Position numbers and translations under genes: made by a program | Assembly (NCBI GenBank): GCA_031285625.1 | Contig: JAITVV010000092.1 | Coordinates: 1-64,000 of the forward strand | Reading direction: 5' to 3' | DNA from: Prevotella sp. | Lineage (GTDB): Bacteria; Bacteroidota; Bacteroidia; Bacteroidales; Dysgonomonadaceae | Length of the DNA stretch: 64,000 nucleotides | Shown here: piece by piece, positions 38,509 to 47,932 of the stretch | Position numbering within the stretch: position 1 is the first letter of the stretch | How the letters are laid out: every line of letters starts with the position of its first letter | Notes under the pieces: model-generated | The model's database searches: none | The model's input: only the letters and a program-made list of their open reading frames with translations | Told to the model about the DNA's origin: nothing

Positions 38509-39894
38509 TTATTTATTTTTCACGTTTCTATAAAACTCTTCCAGTAAATTATTATATTTCAGGAATATTTCGTTCGGCGCATATGGTAATATTATCAACT
38601 CCTGATATGCATCGAATAATTGTTTAAGTTTGGCCCTTTCCATTCCCGACTTCAGACTCAACACATTCAGAAACTCATCATCTATATTTTCGGTAGACAT
38701 GTAATAATTCTTTCTTATATAATCCAAAAAATAAGCATGACGCTTTTCTGCTATTGTTTTAAAATCTTTTTTCCTGTAATATAGATTACTGATCGTACTT
38801 AAAAATTCTAACGAGGAGTTTACAGGCGGATTTATAACAGGCACTATGCGTTGTGTCCGTTTTGCCCTAAATATAACAAACAGTAAAAGTCCGGCAAGGA
38901 TAATATACAGAGCTATACGCAATGGTTTGCTATTAAGCATTGCCCTGAATTCGCTGTCACTCTCTCCCATTGCACCCTGCTTCTGGTATTCATCCCATAT
39001 TACCTTACTATTCTTAGGCAGATATGATAGACTCCTGAATGCGAAATCATACTTTTCCGTTTGCAACATATTTACATTTACAAATGCAGTGGGAACCGTA
39101 TGAAGATAAAAATGTCCTTTCCCATATTGCACATCTACAAATACAGTGTCTCCTTTGTTATTTAAAGCCAATGGACGTACAGGTAAAAGACAGCTATCTG
39201 TATTCAATCGTGTTTGCCCATAAAGACTGCCAAAATCGTATTTCTTATTTGGAAAATCAACTAACGAATATATAGTGTCATTGGCAAAATATTCTCTTTT
39301 ACTCTTAATTTTTAATGTATCCATCAAACTAGAGGAGAATATTTCTGAAGCAATGAAAACATTATTACCCAATCCGACAAAATCAAGTAAATATTGTAGA
39401 TCAACTTTATCCAGAAGAAACTTAGAGTTGATAAAAATATACGATGTGGTATCTATCGAAGCCTCAATATCACGGTACCATGCAGTAGGATCTTCCTTGG
39501 TAATTGTATCCGAAATAAAAACCTCTTCTACAGGTATTGTATCTGATTTTATAGAATCTTCATCTTGATAATAATCGTAATAATCCCCATATGCTTCATA
39601 ATCTTTGTAATAACCTGAGCCATAAGAATCGTAATCTTCTTCATATGAGAAGTATTCCTCCATATCTTTTTTCAGATTATTATAGATCGGTCTGCGTGTA
39701 GAACGTATGTGCATTTTGTTGAATATATCACCCAACAATTCGTAAGTAATATACGTTCCGTACGGATCAGTTTTTGTATTATAAAAAGTAGGTTCCCAAC
39801 TTACACCTTTGGGACCTTTGCTGCTTGCATATGATAAACCGAACAGAAGGACGATAATCACAACAATCACTATTATTGTCTTTTTATCCTTCAT
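38509..39894 (-). CDS. DUF4350 domain membrane protein
   Basis: N-terminal TM, PYGTY, WDEY, C-terminal TM then KRTQRIVP and NSSLEF...NLY; canonical cluster position. Confidence 0.8.
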   Translation of the reverse strand: MKDKKTIIVIVVIIVLLFGLSYASSKGPKGVSWEPTFYNTKTDPYGTYITYELLGDIFNKMHIRSTRRPIYNNLKKDMEEYFSYEEDYDSYGSGYYKDYEAYGDYYDYYQDEDSIKSDTIPVEEVFISDTITKEDPTAWYRDIEASIDTTSYIFINSKFLLDKVDLQYLLDFVGLGNNVFIASEIFSSSLMDTLKIKSKREYFANDTIYSLVDFPNKKYDFGSLYGQTRLNTDSCLLPVRPLALNNKGDTVFVDVQYGKGHFYLHTVPTAFVNVNMLQTEKYDFAFRSLSYLPKNSKVIWDEYQKQGAMGESDSEFRAMLNSKPLRIALYIILAGLLLFVIFRAKRTQRIVPVINPPVNSSLEFLSTISNLYYRKKDFKTIAEKRHAYFLDYIRKNYYMSTENIDDEFLNVLSLKSGMERAKLKQLFDAYQELIILPYAPNEIFLKYNNLLEEFYRNVKNK

Positions 39895-40624
39895 GTTTTA
39901 CCATATTATTAAATTCATCCATCCTGCGGTTAATTTCCGAAAACTGTGATTCATCAAGTACAAATTTTCCGTACCATACATAATCGAAGATAAGTGTCGC
40001 CTCCAGAAATTTATTTCGTAATGAATTATTCTTTATTTCATACTGATAACTATAGTTTGTTTTATTCGTACTCCAATCTATAATCTCCTTATCAGACATT
40101 AGCTTCAGGTTTTTCAAATACAGAAAACGTACAACCAAACGATAGTCCCTATTTTTTAAAGCATTCGATATCAATTCATCAAAGTTCATATTATGAACAT
40201 TCTCTGTATAAATGTCAATTTCCGGTGTATCCAGTTTTTTCTTACCCATCAAAGTCCGATAATCCACTCCGATCAATTTCATTATTATGAGGCATACTAC
40301 CAGGATAATAATAAGAACGACAACCACACTCAGCATGCCAGATCCGGCAGCAACACGGAAAAGGCCATTAATAAAATCAGACACAGCATACCAGAACTTA
40401 TCCCACCAGGACAAACTGCGCTCCACTTTTTTATACTGAAAACGTGAATCTTTTTGATATTCTTCTATCTTACTTTTCTCAGGAATACGAAAATCTACCT
40501 CTTTCTGAGCAACAGGCACAGACATTTTGCTAGGATCTGTTTGTGCAAAAACAGTTGAACAAAAACAGAATAAGAGCATCACAAGAATGCTCTTTACTGC
40601 AGATATATTTATTTTTCTTATCAC
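39884..40624 (-). CDS. DUF4129 domain membrane protein
   Basis: DYRLVVRFLYL, KTNYSY, FDYVWYG. Confidence 0.8.
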   Translation of the reverse strand: MIRKINISAVKSILVMLLFCFCSTVFAQTDPSKMSVPVAQKEVDFRIPEKSKIEEYQKDSRFQYKKVERSLSWWDKFWYAVSDFINGLFRVAAGSGMLSVVVVLIIILVVCLIIMKLIGVDYRTLMGKKKLDTPEIDIYTENVHNMNFDELISNALKNRDYRLVVRFLYLKNLKLMSDKEIIDWSTNKTNYSYQYEIKNNSLRNKFLEATLIFDYVWYGKFVLDESQFSEINRRMDEFNNMVKHEG

Positions 40625-40639
40625 CCTAAATATAAAATA

Positions 40640-41524
40640 TTAGTACTGTGTATTCTGATCCGAATTATTTGTTGTACCAATCATATCTATCTCATCATAT
40701 GTACTTATTCCTTCCAGCTTATTCCTATAGCTGAAATAAATAACACCCAAAACAATACACATTATTGGATTAAGTAAAAAGCGTGCAACATAATTGATAG
40801 AATATGTAATATAAAGAAAGATATCACTGGTAAGGAAATCTATCTGGAAAATTGCGCCAACCATCGTTCCATAAACAGGCAATGTGAATATAAAACTTAC
40901 AGCGCCTATAATAAATGAAAAAACGAGCATGATACCCAGAGTTACCCACCAATTATGGTTTATCAGGTCAAAACTCCGTTGGAAAGTTTCCACAATTCCC
41001 CTTCTTTTCTCAACCAAGTATATATAGGAATATAAACAAAGATAAACCGCAGCAATAATACCCGGAATAAAACACAACATACTCCCTATGAATACTAAGA
41101 TAAAGTATATAATACCATACCCGAAAAGAGGTAGAGCCGATTGTTTTACTTTAGCCCAAACTTCTTCATTCTTTACAACACCATCTTCCGATTCAGCATA
41201 GAGTGCCATATAGCACATAGGATACAGATACATCAGATATGCTACTACAGATAAGATAATAAGGCCAACAAAGAATTTCCATGAAAAAATATAAAAAAAC
41301 ACTTCTTGTGGATCATCAAAAGCAGCCATTTCATTCATTCCACCCATAGTGGACATTCTCAATATATCTAAAAAGAAATATATAGCTACTAATAAGAAAG
41401 GGATGAATATTAATAAACCTTTTAATATCACTCCATAATTTTGTTTGATAAAGGATATCGAAGTATCAAAGTTTCCACTAAAATCACGACTCTGATATAA
41501 CCTGATCTTTTTCGGCTGTTCCAT
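40640..41524 (-). CDS. Conserved multi-pass membrane protein of the RDD/SpoIIM/MoxR cluster
   Basis: RDFSGNFDTSISFIKQNY N-terminus, CFIPGI, RSFDL...WW; about 6 TM helices. Confidence 0.75.
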   Translation of the reverse strand: MEQPKKIRLYQSRDFSGNFDTSISFIKQNYGVILKGLLIFIPFLLVAIYFFLDILRMSTMGGMNEMAAFDDPQEVFFYIFSWKFFVGLIILSVVAYLMYLYPMCYMALYAESEDGVVKNEEVWAKVKQSALPLFGYGIIYFILVFIGSMLCFIPGIIAAVYLCLYSYIYLVEKRRGIVETFQRSFDLINHNWWVTLGIMLVFSFIIGAVSFIFTLPVYGTMVGAIFQIDFLTSDIFLYITYSINYVARFLLNPIMCIVLGVIYFSYRNKLEGISTYDEIDMIGTTNNSDQNTQY

Positions 41525-42476
41525 TTAATTTTTTGTTTAAAGAATAAGGATAGTAAATAAAATACCATATAATAAATAAGGCCGACAAGCCTATTATTGC
41601 CAGATTAAAATAAACAGGCATCTCCGTTAAACGGGTGAGGTAACTTTCGATAAATGCTGCAATGAGGAATACAGGAACTAAAGCAACAACAATTTTTACT
41701 GCATCTTTAGCCGCATGTTGCAAAGAAACCATACGGCTGTATGTACCAGGAAAAAGCAAACTATTACCTAATAGCATACCTGCTCCACCTGCTATAATAA
41801 TTGCAGATATCTCGAGTGTACCATGCAGCCAGATAGAAATGGCAGATGAAAACAAAAGTCCCTTCTTGAAAAAGAAATACTGAAATACTCCTAACATGAC
41901 ACCATTAGAAAACATGATATAAACCGTAAACACTGAACCTAATACTCCCAATATGAATGCAAAGAACGCAACTTTTATGTTATTGGTGGATATAAAGAAA
42001 AACATCGGGGCTTCATCAGAACTTTTATATATTGCCATCGGATCACCACTCTCTATATTCTCAAGGGTTTGATTTACATAGCCTGGACCGAGAATAAGAC
42101 TGGCAAAACTAGAATCCTGCTCTAATGAGAATATACCCAAGAGAGCCCCTACAAACATAGCGATGAAAGAATAAAGCAAATATTTGCGACGCTTATACAC
42201 AATAAGAGGAATTTCTTCTTTCCAGAAGCGGAGAAAGCGGCCTTTCTCTTTTTTACGGTATTTGTAGATATTAATAAAATAGCGTCCCGCAAGCTGATTC
42301 AGGTATCTTACTGTTTGCGATTTTGGATAGAATGTACGGGCATAGGACAAATCATCGGTCAGTTCGATGAAATTATCCGCTAGTGTTTCAGCAGGGATGT
42401 CTCTCCCATTTGTTTCATTATCTATCTGCTGCCACTTATCCCGATTCTGTTTAACAAATGCGGCCTCTCTCATCAA
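41484..42476 (-). CDS. Stage II sporulation protein M (DUF95) family membrane protein
   Basis: MREAAFVKQN, DLSYARTFYP, NNIKVAF, NGVMLG, WLHGTLEI, AAFIES. Confidence 0.92.
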   Translation of the reverse strand: MMREAAFVKQNRDKWQQIDNETNGRDIPAETLADNFIELTDDLSYARTFYPKSQTVRYLNQLAGRYFINIYKYRKKEKGRFLRFWKEEIPLIVYKRRKYLLYSFIAMFVGALLGIFSLEQDSSFASLILGPGYVNQTLENIESGDPMAIYKSSDEAPMFFFISTNNIKVAFFAFILGVLGSVFTVYIMFSNGVMLGVFQYFFFKKGLLFSSAISIWLHGTLEISAIIIAGGAGMLLGNSLLFPGTYSRMVSLQHAAKDAVKIVVALVPVFLIAAFIESYLTRLTEMPVYFNLAIIGLSALFIIWYFIYYPYSLNKKLNGTAEKDQVISES

Positions 42477-42600
42477 GCTACAAGTTTGTATTTTTTAGAT
42501 TGTTTTGGCAAATATAGTTCTTTGAGTAAAAAGAATGAAGGAAATAGGCTAATAATCGCACAAAAAAATTAAATTTGTCCTTCATTTCTCATTTGTGATT

Positions 42601-43350
42601 ATGATTATAGAGGTTCAAACAACTCAAAACGTTACAATTGACTACGAAACGGCAGGTATAGGTTATAGATTATTAGCTTATTTCCTCGATTGGGTTATTA
42701 TCTTTATCTGGTATCTGGGTTGGGTTGGTATTATATCTATATTTTCAGAAGTAGGCCTCTGGTCTGCATTTGACGGAAATGGTATAATGATCTTTCTAAT
42801 TATTATAATTGCTTTTCCTATCTTGTTTTATGATTTGCTTTTCGAAACACTGAACAATGGTCAGAGTATCGGTAAAATGATTGTGAAAATAAGAGTAGTG
42901 AATGTGGATGGCACAGCTCCTTCCAGCAGTTCATTCTTGCTAAGATGGCTTTTCAGGCTAGTGGATTTTACTATGACCGAAGGATTTCTGGCGATTATTA
43001 TGATTGCAGTTACAAAGAAATCGCAACGGCTGGGCGATTATCTTGCCGGCACTACAGTTATTGACTTACGACTGAACTCAAAGAATAAAGAATTAAAACT
43101 ATCTGATCTTGATTTTCACGAAGATTATAAAGTTAGCTATAAAGATGTATTAGATAGATTGTCAGACAGGGATATTCAGACCATTACTTCCATTATAGAT
43201 GATCAACGGATGCAATATAATGAATATTTCAACCAGCGATTGGCAGACAGGATAAAGTCTATTACAGGGTATGAATATGATGGTCCGGATAGAATTTTCC
43301 TGCGTAAGATTGTTACAGACTACAATTATCTGGCTGTACAAGAGCAATAA
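42601..43350 (+). CDS. RDD family protein
   Basis: TTQNV, RLLAYFLD, NGQSIGK, QRLGDYLAGTTVI; divergent from the SpoIIM gene. Confidence 0.92.
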   Translation: MIIEVQTTQNVTIDYETAGIGYRLLAYFLDWVIIFIWYLGWVGIISIFSEVGLWSAFDGNGIMIFLIIIIAFPILFYDLLFETLNNGQSIGKMIVKIRVVNVDGTAPSSSSFLLRWLFRLVDFTMTEGFLAIIMIAVTKKSQRLGDYLAGTTVIDLRLNSKNKELKLSDLDFHEDYKVSYKDVLDRLSDRDIQTITSIIDDQRMQYNEYFNQRLADRIKSITGYEYDGPDRIFLRKIVTDYNYLAVQEQ

Positions 43351-43351
43351 G

Positions 43352-44443
43352 CTATTGTATTTCGCCTTCTTTTATCCGTTTCAGGTGGCAAAATAATAAT
43401 TTACCATTTTCATCGCGTAAATGCATACCATTTCCCTCACAGTAGCGAAAATACTTGCAATCCTTACATTCGTCTTTCCTCATCCAACTACGATCTCTGA
43501 ATTGTTGGTAGCGATTTGTCCATATATCCCAGAAATTGTCCTGATAAATATTCCCCTGTATAAAATTTGAACGGAGATTAGGGCACGCAGAAACAGAACC
43601 ATCTACTAACACAGATCCTATCTGAACACCTGCCCTGCAAAAAAAGAAGTTATCCCTAACTTCTCCTTCATAATCCCCGAGAAAACCTTCACAACCATAA
43701 TCTATCTTAATTAAACCTTCCTTACGTGTGGTCTTTATAAAATCAAATAACAGTTTAAACTCAGGAGGTGATAATTGAAGGCTTCTATGCTGTGTAGCCC
43801 GCCCGATAGGAAATACAGTAAAAATACGCCATTCCTTAACACCAGTATCAATAAGAAGTTTTTTCAGATCGTTTAATTGTGGAAAAGTATTTGCAGTAAC
43901 ACATGTTACCACATCATATACGATATCATCAGCTTTGGACAATAAGGAAATAGCATTATATGCCTGACGAAAGCTGTTTTTATTCCCACGCATCAGATTG
44001 TGAGCTTCTTCAAGTCCGTCAAGGCTAACTGTTACAGAACGTAAACCAGTATTTAAGAGACTATTTAATCTTTTTTCAGACAGGAATAATCCATTAGAAA
44101 CCATTCCCCAGGGATATTCCCTTTTGTACAGTTCTTGTCCACAGATTTCCAAATCGTCACGCATAAGCGGTTCGCCTCCTGTGATAACGATCATCGTTTC
44201 GTGAGGATTTACATGGGGTGTTATGCTATCGATTACATTTAGAAAATCCTCAAGAGGCATATCATTTTGTCGCATATCCTTATGGCAATCACTGCCACAA
44301 TGCTTACAAGCCAGATTACATCTCAAAGTACATTCCCAGAAAAGATAATTTAATTTATGAAGAGTAGCAGCATTCTTTTTATGTTGCCGGAATAGTTCCA
44401 GACCAATCCGTTTTCGAAAAGAAATATCTTCTACTCCCATCAA
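43352..44443 (-). CDS. Radical SAM/SPASM enzyme of the rSAM/lipoprotein system (TIGR04133-like)
   Basis: LFWECTLRCNLACKHCGSDC, TGGEPL, YGCEGFLG, SPASM cysteines (CRAG...SAC...CKDCKYFRYCEGNGMH...C). Confidence 0.9.
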   Translation of the reverse strand: MMGVEDISFRKRIGLELFRQHKKNAATLHKLNYLFWECTLRCNLACKHCGSDCHKDMRQNDMPLEDFLNVIDSITPHVNPHETMIVITGGEPLMRDDLEICGQELYKREYPWGMVSNGLFLSEKRLNSLLNTGLRSVTVSLDGLEEAHNLMRGNKNSFRQAYNAISLLSKADDIVYDVVTCVTANTFPQLNDLKKLLIDTGVKEWRIFTVFPIGRATQHRSLQLSPPEFKLLFDFIKTTRKEGLIKIDYGCEGFLGDYEGEVRDNFFFCRAGVQIGSVLVDGSVSACPNLRSNFIQGNIYQDNFWDIWTNRYQQFRDRSWMRKDECKDCKYFRYCEGNGMHLRDENGKLLFCHLKRIKEGEIQ

Positions 44444-44920
44444 TTAATCTTTCTTAGCTGAAGTTATTTTTATTGCTTGTATATCTTTTGTCGTTTCACC
44501 TGCATACCAACCATTGTTTCCATTAGTGAAGCTTGGGTCTTTAAATTCAACAGTTTCTATTTTAGTTTCAAAGGCTCCATTCTCATCACCATCAACATCT
44601 TCTATTTTTAATATAAACTCTTGCGATGTAGGAAACTCTACGACATTTAATTCAAATTTACCTTCACTATCAGTAAAAACACTATCAATATAATACGGTC
44701 GGTCTCCCAATTCCGTTTTATATGATTTACCCAGTACCGTTTTTATCTTTGTTATTGGCGCTTCTGATTCATCCACAATCGTTCCTTTTACCTTGAACTT
44801 AGCAGTTGGGGTACCATACTCTGCTGCACCGCCACCACCACTATCACAAGATGAAAATCCCAGCAACACAAGAAAGAAAGATAGAATTTTAGAATATACA
44901 GATAACATTTTCACTTTCAT
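44444..44920 (-). CDS. Radical SAM-associated lipoprotein (TIGR04134-like)
   Basis: LLGFSSC lipobox, then DSGGGGAAEYGTP, KVKGTI, EDVDGDENG, WYAGE; directly abuts the rSAM gene. Confidence 0.88.
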   Translation of the reverse strand: MKVKMLSVYSKILSFFLVLLGFSSCDSGGGGAAEYGTPTAKFKVKGTIVDESEAPITKIKTVLGKSYKTELGDRPYYIDSVFTDSEGKFELNVVEFPTSQEFILKIEDVDGDENGAFETKIETVEFKDPSFTNGNNGWYAGETTKDIQAIKITSAKKD

Positions 44921-44991
44921 AGTAATAATTTTAAACCATAATCCAGGTATCTATATATTATGATGCAGCATATTCTAAAAAAGTTGCATAT

Positions 44992-46563
44992 CTATCTCTT
45001 TTCCTTAGTTTTTGGTTTTGTTTCCGCCTTCGGTTTAGAAGTTGCTGGTTTAGCTTTTACTGCTGGTTTAGACTTAACCTCTGCTTTCGGGTTCGCTATT
45101 TTCGCCGCTGCCGGTTTTACTTCCGCTTTTGGCTTAGCTACAGCAGGAGTCTTAACTTGGGCCTTAGGCTTTACGTCTGTTTTTAGTTTTGCTTCTGCCT
45201 TTAGCTTAGAAGTTACAGATTTTACAACAGGTTCAGCTTTTTTAGTCGCAGGTTTTGGTTTCACTGTAGTTTTTGCTGCAACTTTCGGAGTTTTTGGCTC
45301 CAACTGTTTTAGTTTTTCTTCAAGCTTTTCGATCTCAGTAGCCTGATTATGAATTGTTGTAAGTAATGCATTCAGTTCCTCATTTTCGATAGAACTAGGA
45401 AACTCTGATTCAACACGTTCTTTGAAATCACTCAATACGTTCATATATGTATTAAAGGCATCATAAGGCGATGAATACGGGCTAAATGGCAATGCATTCT
45501 TGGTTCCCATATAATAAAAATGATCACTCGATTGTAAATATGTCCAATCTTGAAGAATACGTCTGGACTGGCTTAAACTTACACGTTCAGATATTTCGTA
45601 TAATTTATTAAATGCATCTTGTTGCAATGTATTACCTAACCATGCTGAAACATCCTTTTCTTCGCCAACCCACGAAATAGGGTGCATAGAAGAAATAGAA
45701 TCGATTGGTTTCATTGTTTTAAATATCTCGGAAGGCGTAGCAAAACCAATATTCTGTTCAGCCGCAAAACGAGGTAGAACCCGCATAAAATCAAAAATAC
45801 CGGAACTCTTTTTCTGAAAATTACCTAAAGCTTCATAATTCATAAAGAGATTTATAACCTGCTCCTCCTTAGGTGTTGCAGCAATCCAGTTAATAAATTT
45901 ATCAGCAGTTAAAGGATACTCATTCCAATCATAATTTGAAAAACGAGTTGCTATATCATCACTAAATTTAGCATTACGCAATAAGAGTTTCAACTTAGGC
46001 TGTTCAGCAGCCTGATACAGGTAATTGGGGCTTTTCCACCCCAGCGTACGTTTAGCGCCTTCGGTAAGCACCCCAGAAAAACCCATTTCGTATATTAGAT
46101 GAGCAATTTCATCCGAATAGATAAGTTCAGTATTACGGAAAGTTTTTGGTCGTTGGCCAAAGAGACTTTCTATCTTATCGCTATGCTCTTTTACTTGTTT
46201 TTTAAACTCTTCGGGGTCCACCAAAGAAGCTAAAGAATGTCCTTGTGTTTCTGCTAGAAATTCCACACAACCAGTATCGGCCAGCTCTTTAAATCCATCA
46301 ATAACTTCTGGTGCATAAATCTCCATCTGATCTAAAGCTACCCCTGAAATAGAGAAAGCCACCTTAAATTTACCATTATATTCGCGAATCATATCCAGCA
46401 TTAACCGGTTAGCAGGAACATAAGAAACCTCTGCTACCTGTTGCATAAAATCTTCGTTGGCAAAGTCATCATAATAATAATGATCACCGCCTATATTGAA
46501 AAATCTATAACGTTTAAGCCTGTGTGGCTGGTGTATCTGGAAGTAAAAACAAATATTTTTCAT
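44992..46563 (-). CDS. GH57 alpha-amylase-like protein with a long Lys/Ala/Pro-rich tail
   Basis: FQIHQP, SISG, ETQGHSL, FRNTELIY, LQSSDHFYYM. Confidence 0.9.
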   Translation of the reverse strand: MKNICFYFQIHQPHRLKRYRFFNIGGDHYYYDDFANEDFMQQVAEVSYVPANRLMLDMIREYNGKFKVAFSISGVALDQMEIYAPEVIDGFKELADTGCVEFLAETQGHSLASLVDPEEFKKQVKEHSDKIESLFGQRPKTFRNTELIYSDEIAHLIYEMGFSGVLTEGAKRTLGWKSPNYLYQAAEQPKLKLLLRNAKFSDDIATRFSNYDWNEYPLTADKFINWIAATPKEEQVINLFMNYEALGNFQKKSSGIFDFMRVLPRFAAEQNIGFATPSEIFKTMKPIDSISSMHPISWVGEEKDVSAWLGNTLQQDAFNKLYEISERVSLSQSRRILQDWTYLQSSDHFYYMGTKNALPFSPYSSPYDAFNTYMNVLSDFKERVESEFPSSIENEELNALLTTIHNQATEIEKLEEKLKQLEPKTPKVAAKTTVKPKPATKKAEPVVKSVTSKLKAEAKLKTDVKPKAQVKTPAVAKPKAEVKPAAAKIANPKAEVKSKPAVKAKPATSKPKAETKPKTKEKR

Positions 46564-46599
46564 ATATATAAAGTTTTTGTTATAAAATGGAGGTTGTAA

Positions 46600-47856
46600 T
46601 TATTGACAAAGATTATTGTATATATCTCTTACCTTCTGGCCTGCATATTCCCATTTGATATTATCCACTTCTTCTTTTCCTTCCTTACTCAGAAAATCAG
46701 ACATCGAGTCATATGTACAAATCGAGTAAATAGCATCTGCCATACCTTCTACATCCCAATAATCGATTTTAACTGCCTTATCAAGTATTTCGGCACAACC
46801 TGACTGTTTGGATATAATAGTAGGAATACTACACTGCATGGCTTCCAGAGGAGATATGCCAAAAGGTTCTGATACGGATGGCATTACATATACATCACTA
46901 CGTTTTAACATTTCATATACCTGCTTTCCTTTCAGGAATCCTGTAAAATGAAATTTATCAGACATTCCTTTTTCGGCAACAAGATATATCATACGTTCCA
47001 TCATATCACCGCTACCCGCCATTACAAAACGAATATGTTTTGCCTTTTCCAATACACGTGCGGCTGCTTCAACAAAGTACTCAGGTCCTTTTTGCATTGT
47101 TATACGCCCAAGAAAAGTAACAACCTTATCCTTCCCTTTTTTAGGTTCTATAGCTACTATATCCGCACTTAGCGGCTCCACCGCATTATGAACAGTCGTT
47201 ACCTTAGCCGGATTCTGATGATACTTTTCTATAACCGTATTACGTGTAAGATCACTTACACAGATAATATGATCGGCATAATCCATCCCATTTTTTTCCA
47301 TCTGATAAACCTGAGGGTTTACATTTCCCCTGCTACGGTCAAAATCAGTTGCATGTACATGAATTACCAGCGGTTTTCCCAGAATATTTTTAGCATGTAA
47401 TCCTGCCGGATAAGTAAGCCAGTCATGGGAATGGATAATATCATAATTGTGGCTGCGGGCAATAACTCCTGCAACTATCGAGTAATTATTTATTTCTTCA
47501 AGCAGATTATCAGGGTAGCGTCCTGAGAATTCGATACACCCGAGGTCGTTTGGATGCAGATAATTAAAATCCGCATAAATATGATCTCTCAAATTATAAT
47601 ATTCCTGAGGGTCCATATATTTTGATAATCTTTCACTTACATAGTCCCAATGAACATCTCGCCATGCTACAGGTGTATTACAAGCTCCTATTATTTTTAG
47701 AAAACTTTGGTCTTCGTCTCCCCAAGGCTTAGGAATTACAAATGTAATATCCATATCGGGCTGTAAAGACATTCCTTTAGTCAGCCCATAACTTGCCGTT
47801 CCAAGTCCACCCAATATGTGGGGAGGAAACTCCCATCCAAACATTAATGCTTTCAT
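46600..47856 (-). CDS. GT4 glycosyltransferase (putative glycogen synthase)
   Basis: MKALMFGWEFPPHILGGLG, HSHDWLT, GRITMQKGP, SVSEPFGISPLEA. Confidence 0.93.
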   Translation of the reverse strand: MKALMFGWEFPPHILGGLGTASYGLTKGMSLQPDMDITFVIPKPWGDEDQSFLKIIGACNTPVAWRDVHWDYVSERLSKYMDPQEYYNLRDHIYADFNYLHPNDLGCIEFSGRYPDNLLEEINNYSIVAGVIARSHNYDIIHSHDWLTYPAGLHAKNILGKPLVIHVHATDFDRSRGNVNPQVYQMEKNGMDYADHIICVSDLTRNTVIEKYHQNPAKVTTVHNAVEPLSADIVAIEPKKGKDKVVTFLGRITMQKGPEYFVEAAARVLEKAKHIRFVMAGSGDMMERMIYLVAEKGMSDKFHFTGFLKGKQVYEMLKRSDVYVMPSVSEPFGISPLEAMQCSIPTIISKQSGCAEILDKAVKIDYWDVEGMADAIYSICTYDSMSDFLSKEGKEEVDNIKWEYAGQKVRDIYNNLCQ

Positions 47857-47932
47857 ATATTCTAGTTTCAAGTTGAAAGTGTTATTACAAGAGAAATCTT
47901 ATAATAAACTATGAACTGATTGCTGATTTTAA

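Noticed and set aside
44960-45346. 128-aa hydrophobic ORF on the plus strand
   Set aside because: Antisense of the K/A/P-rich GH57 tail.
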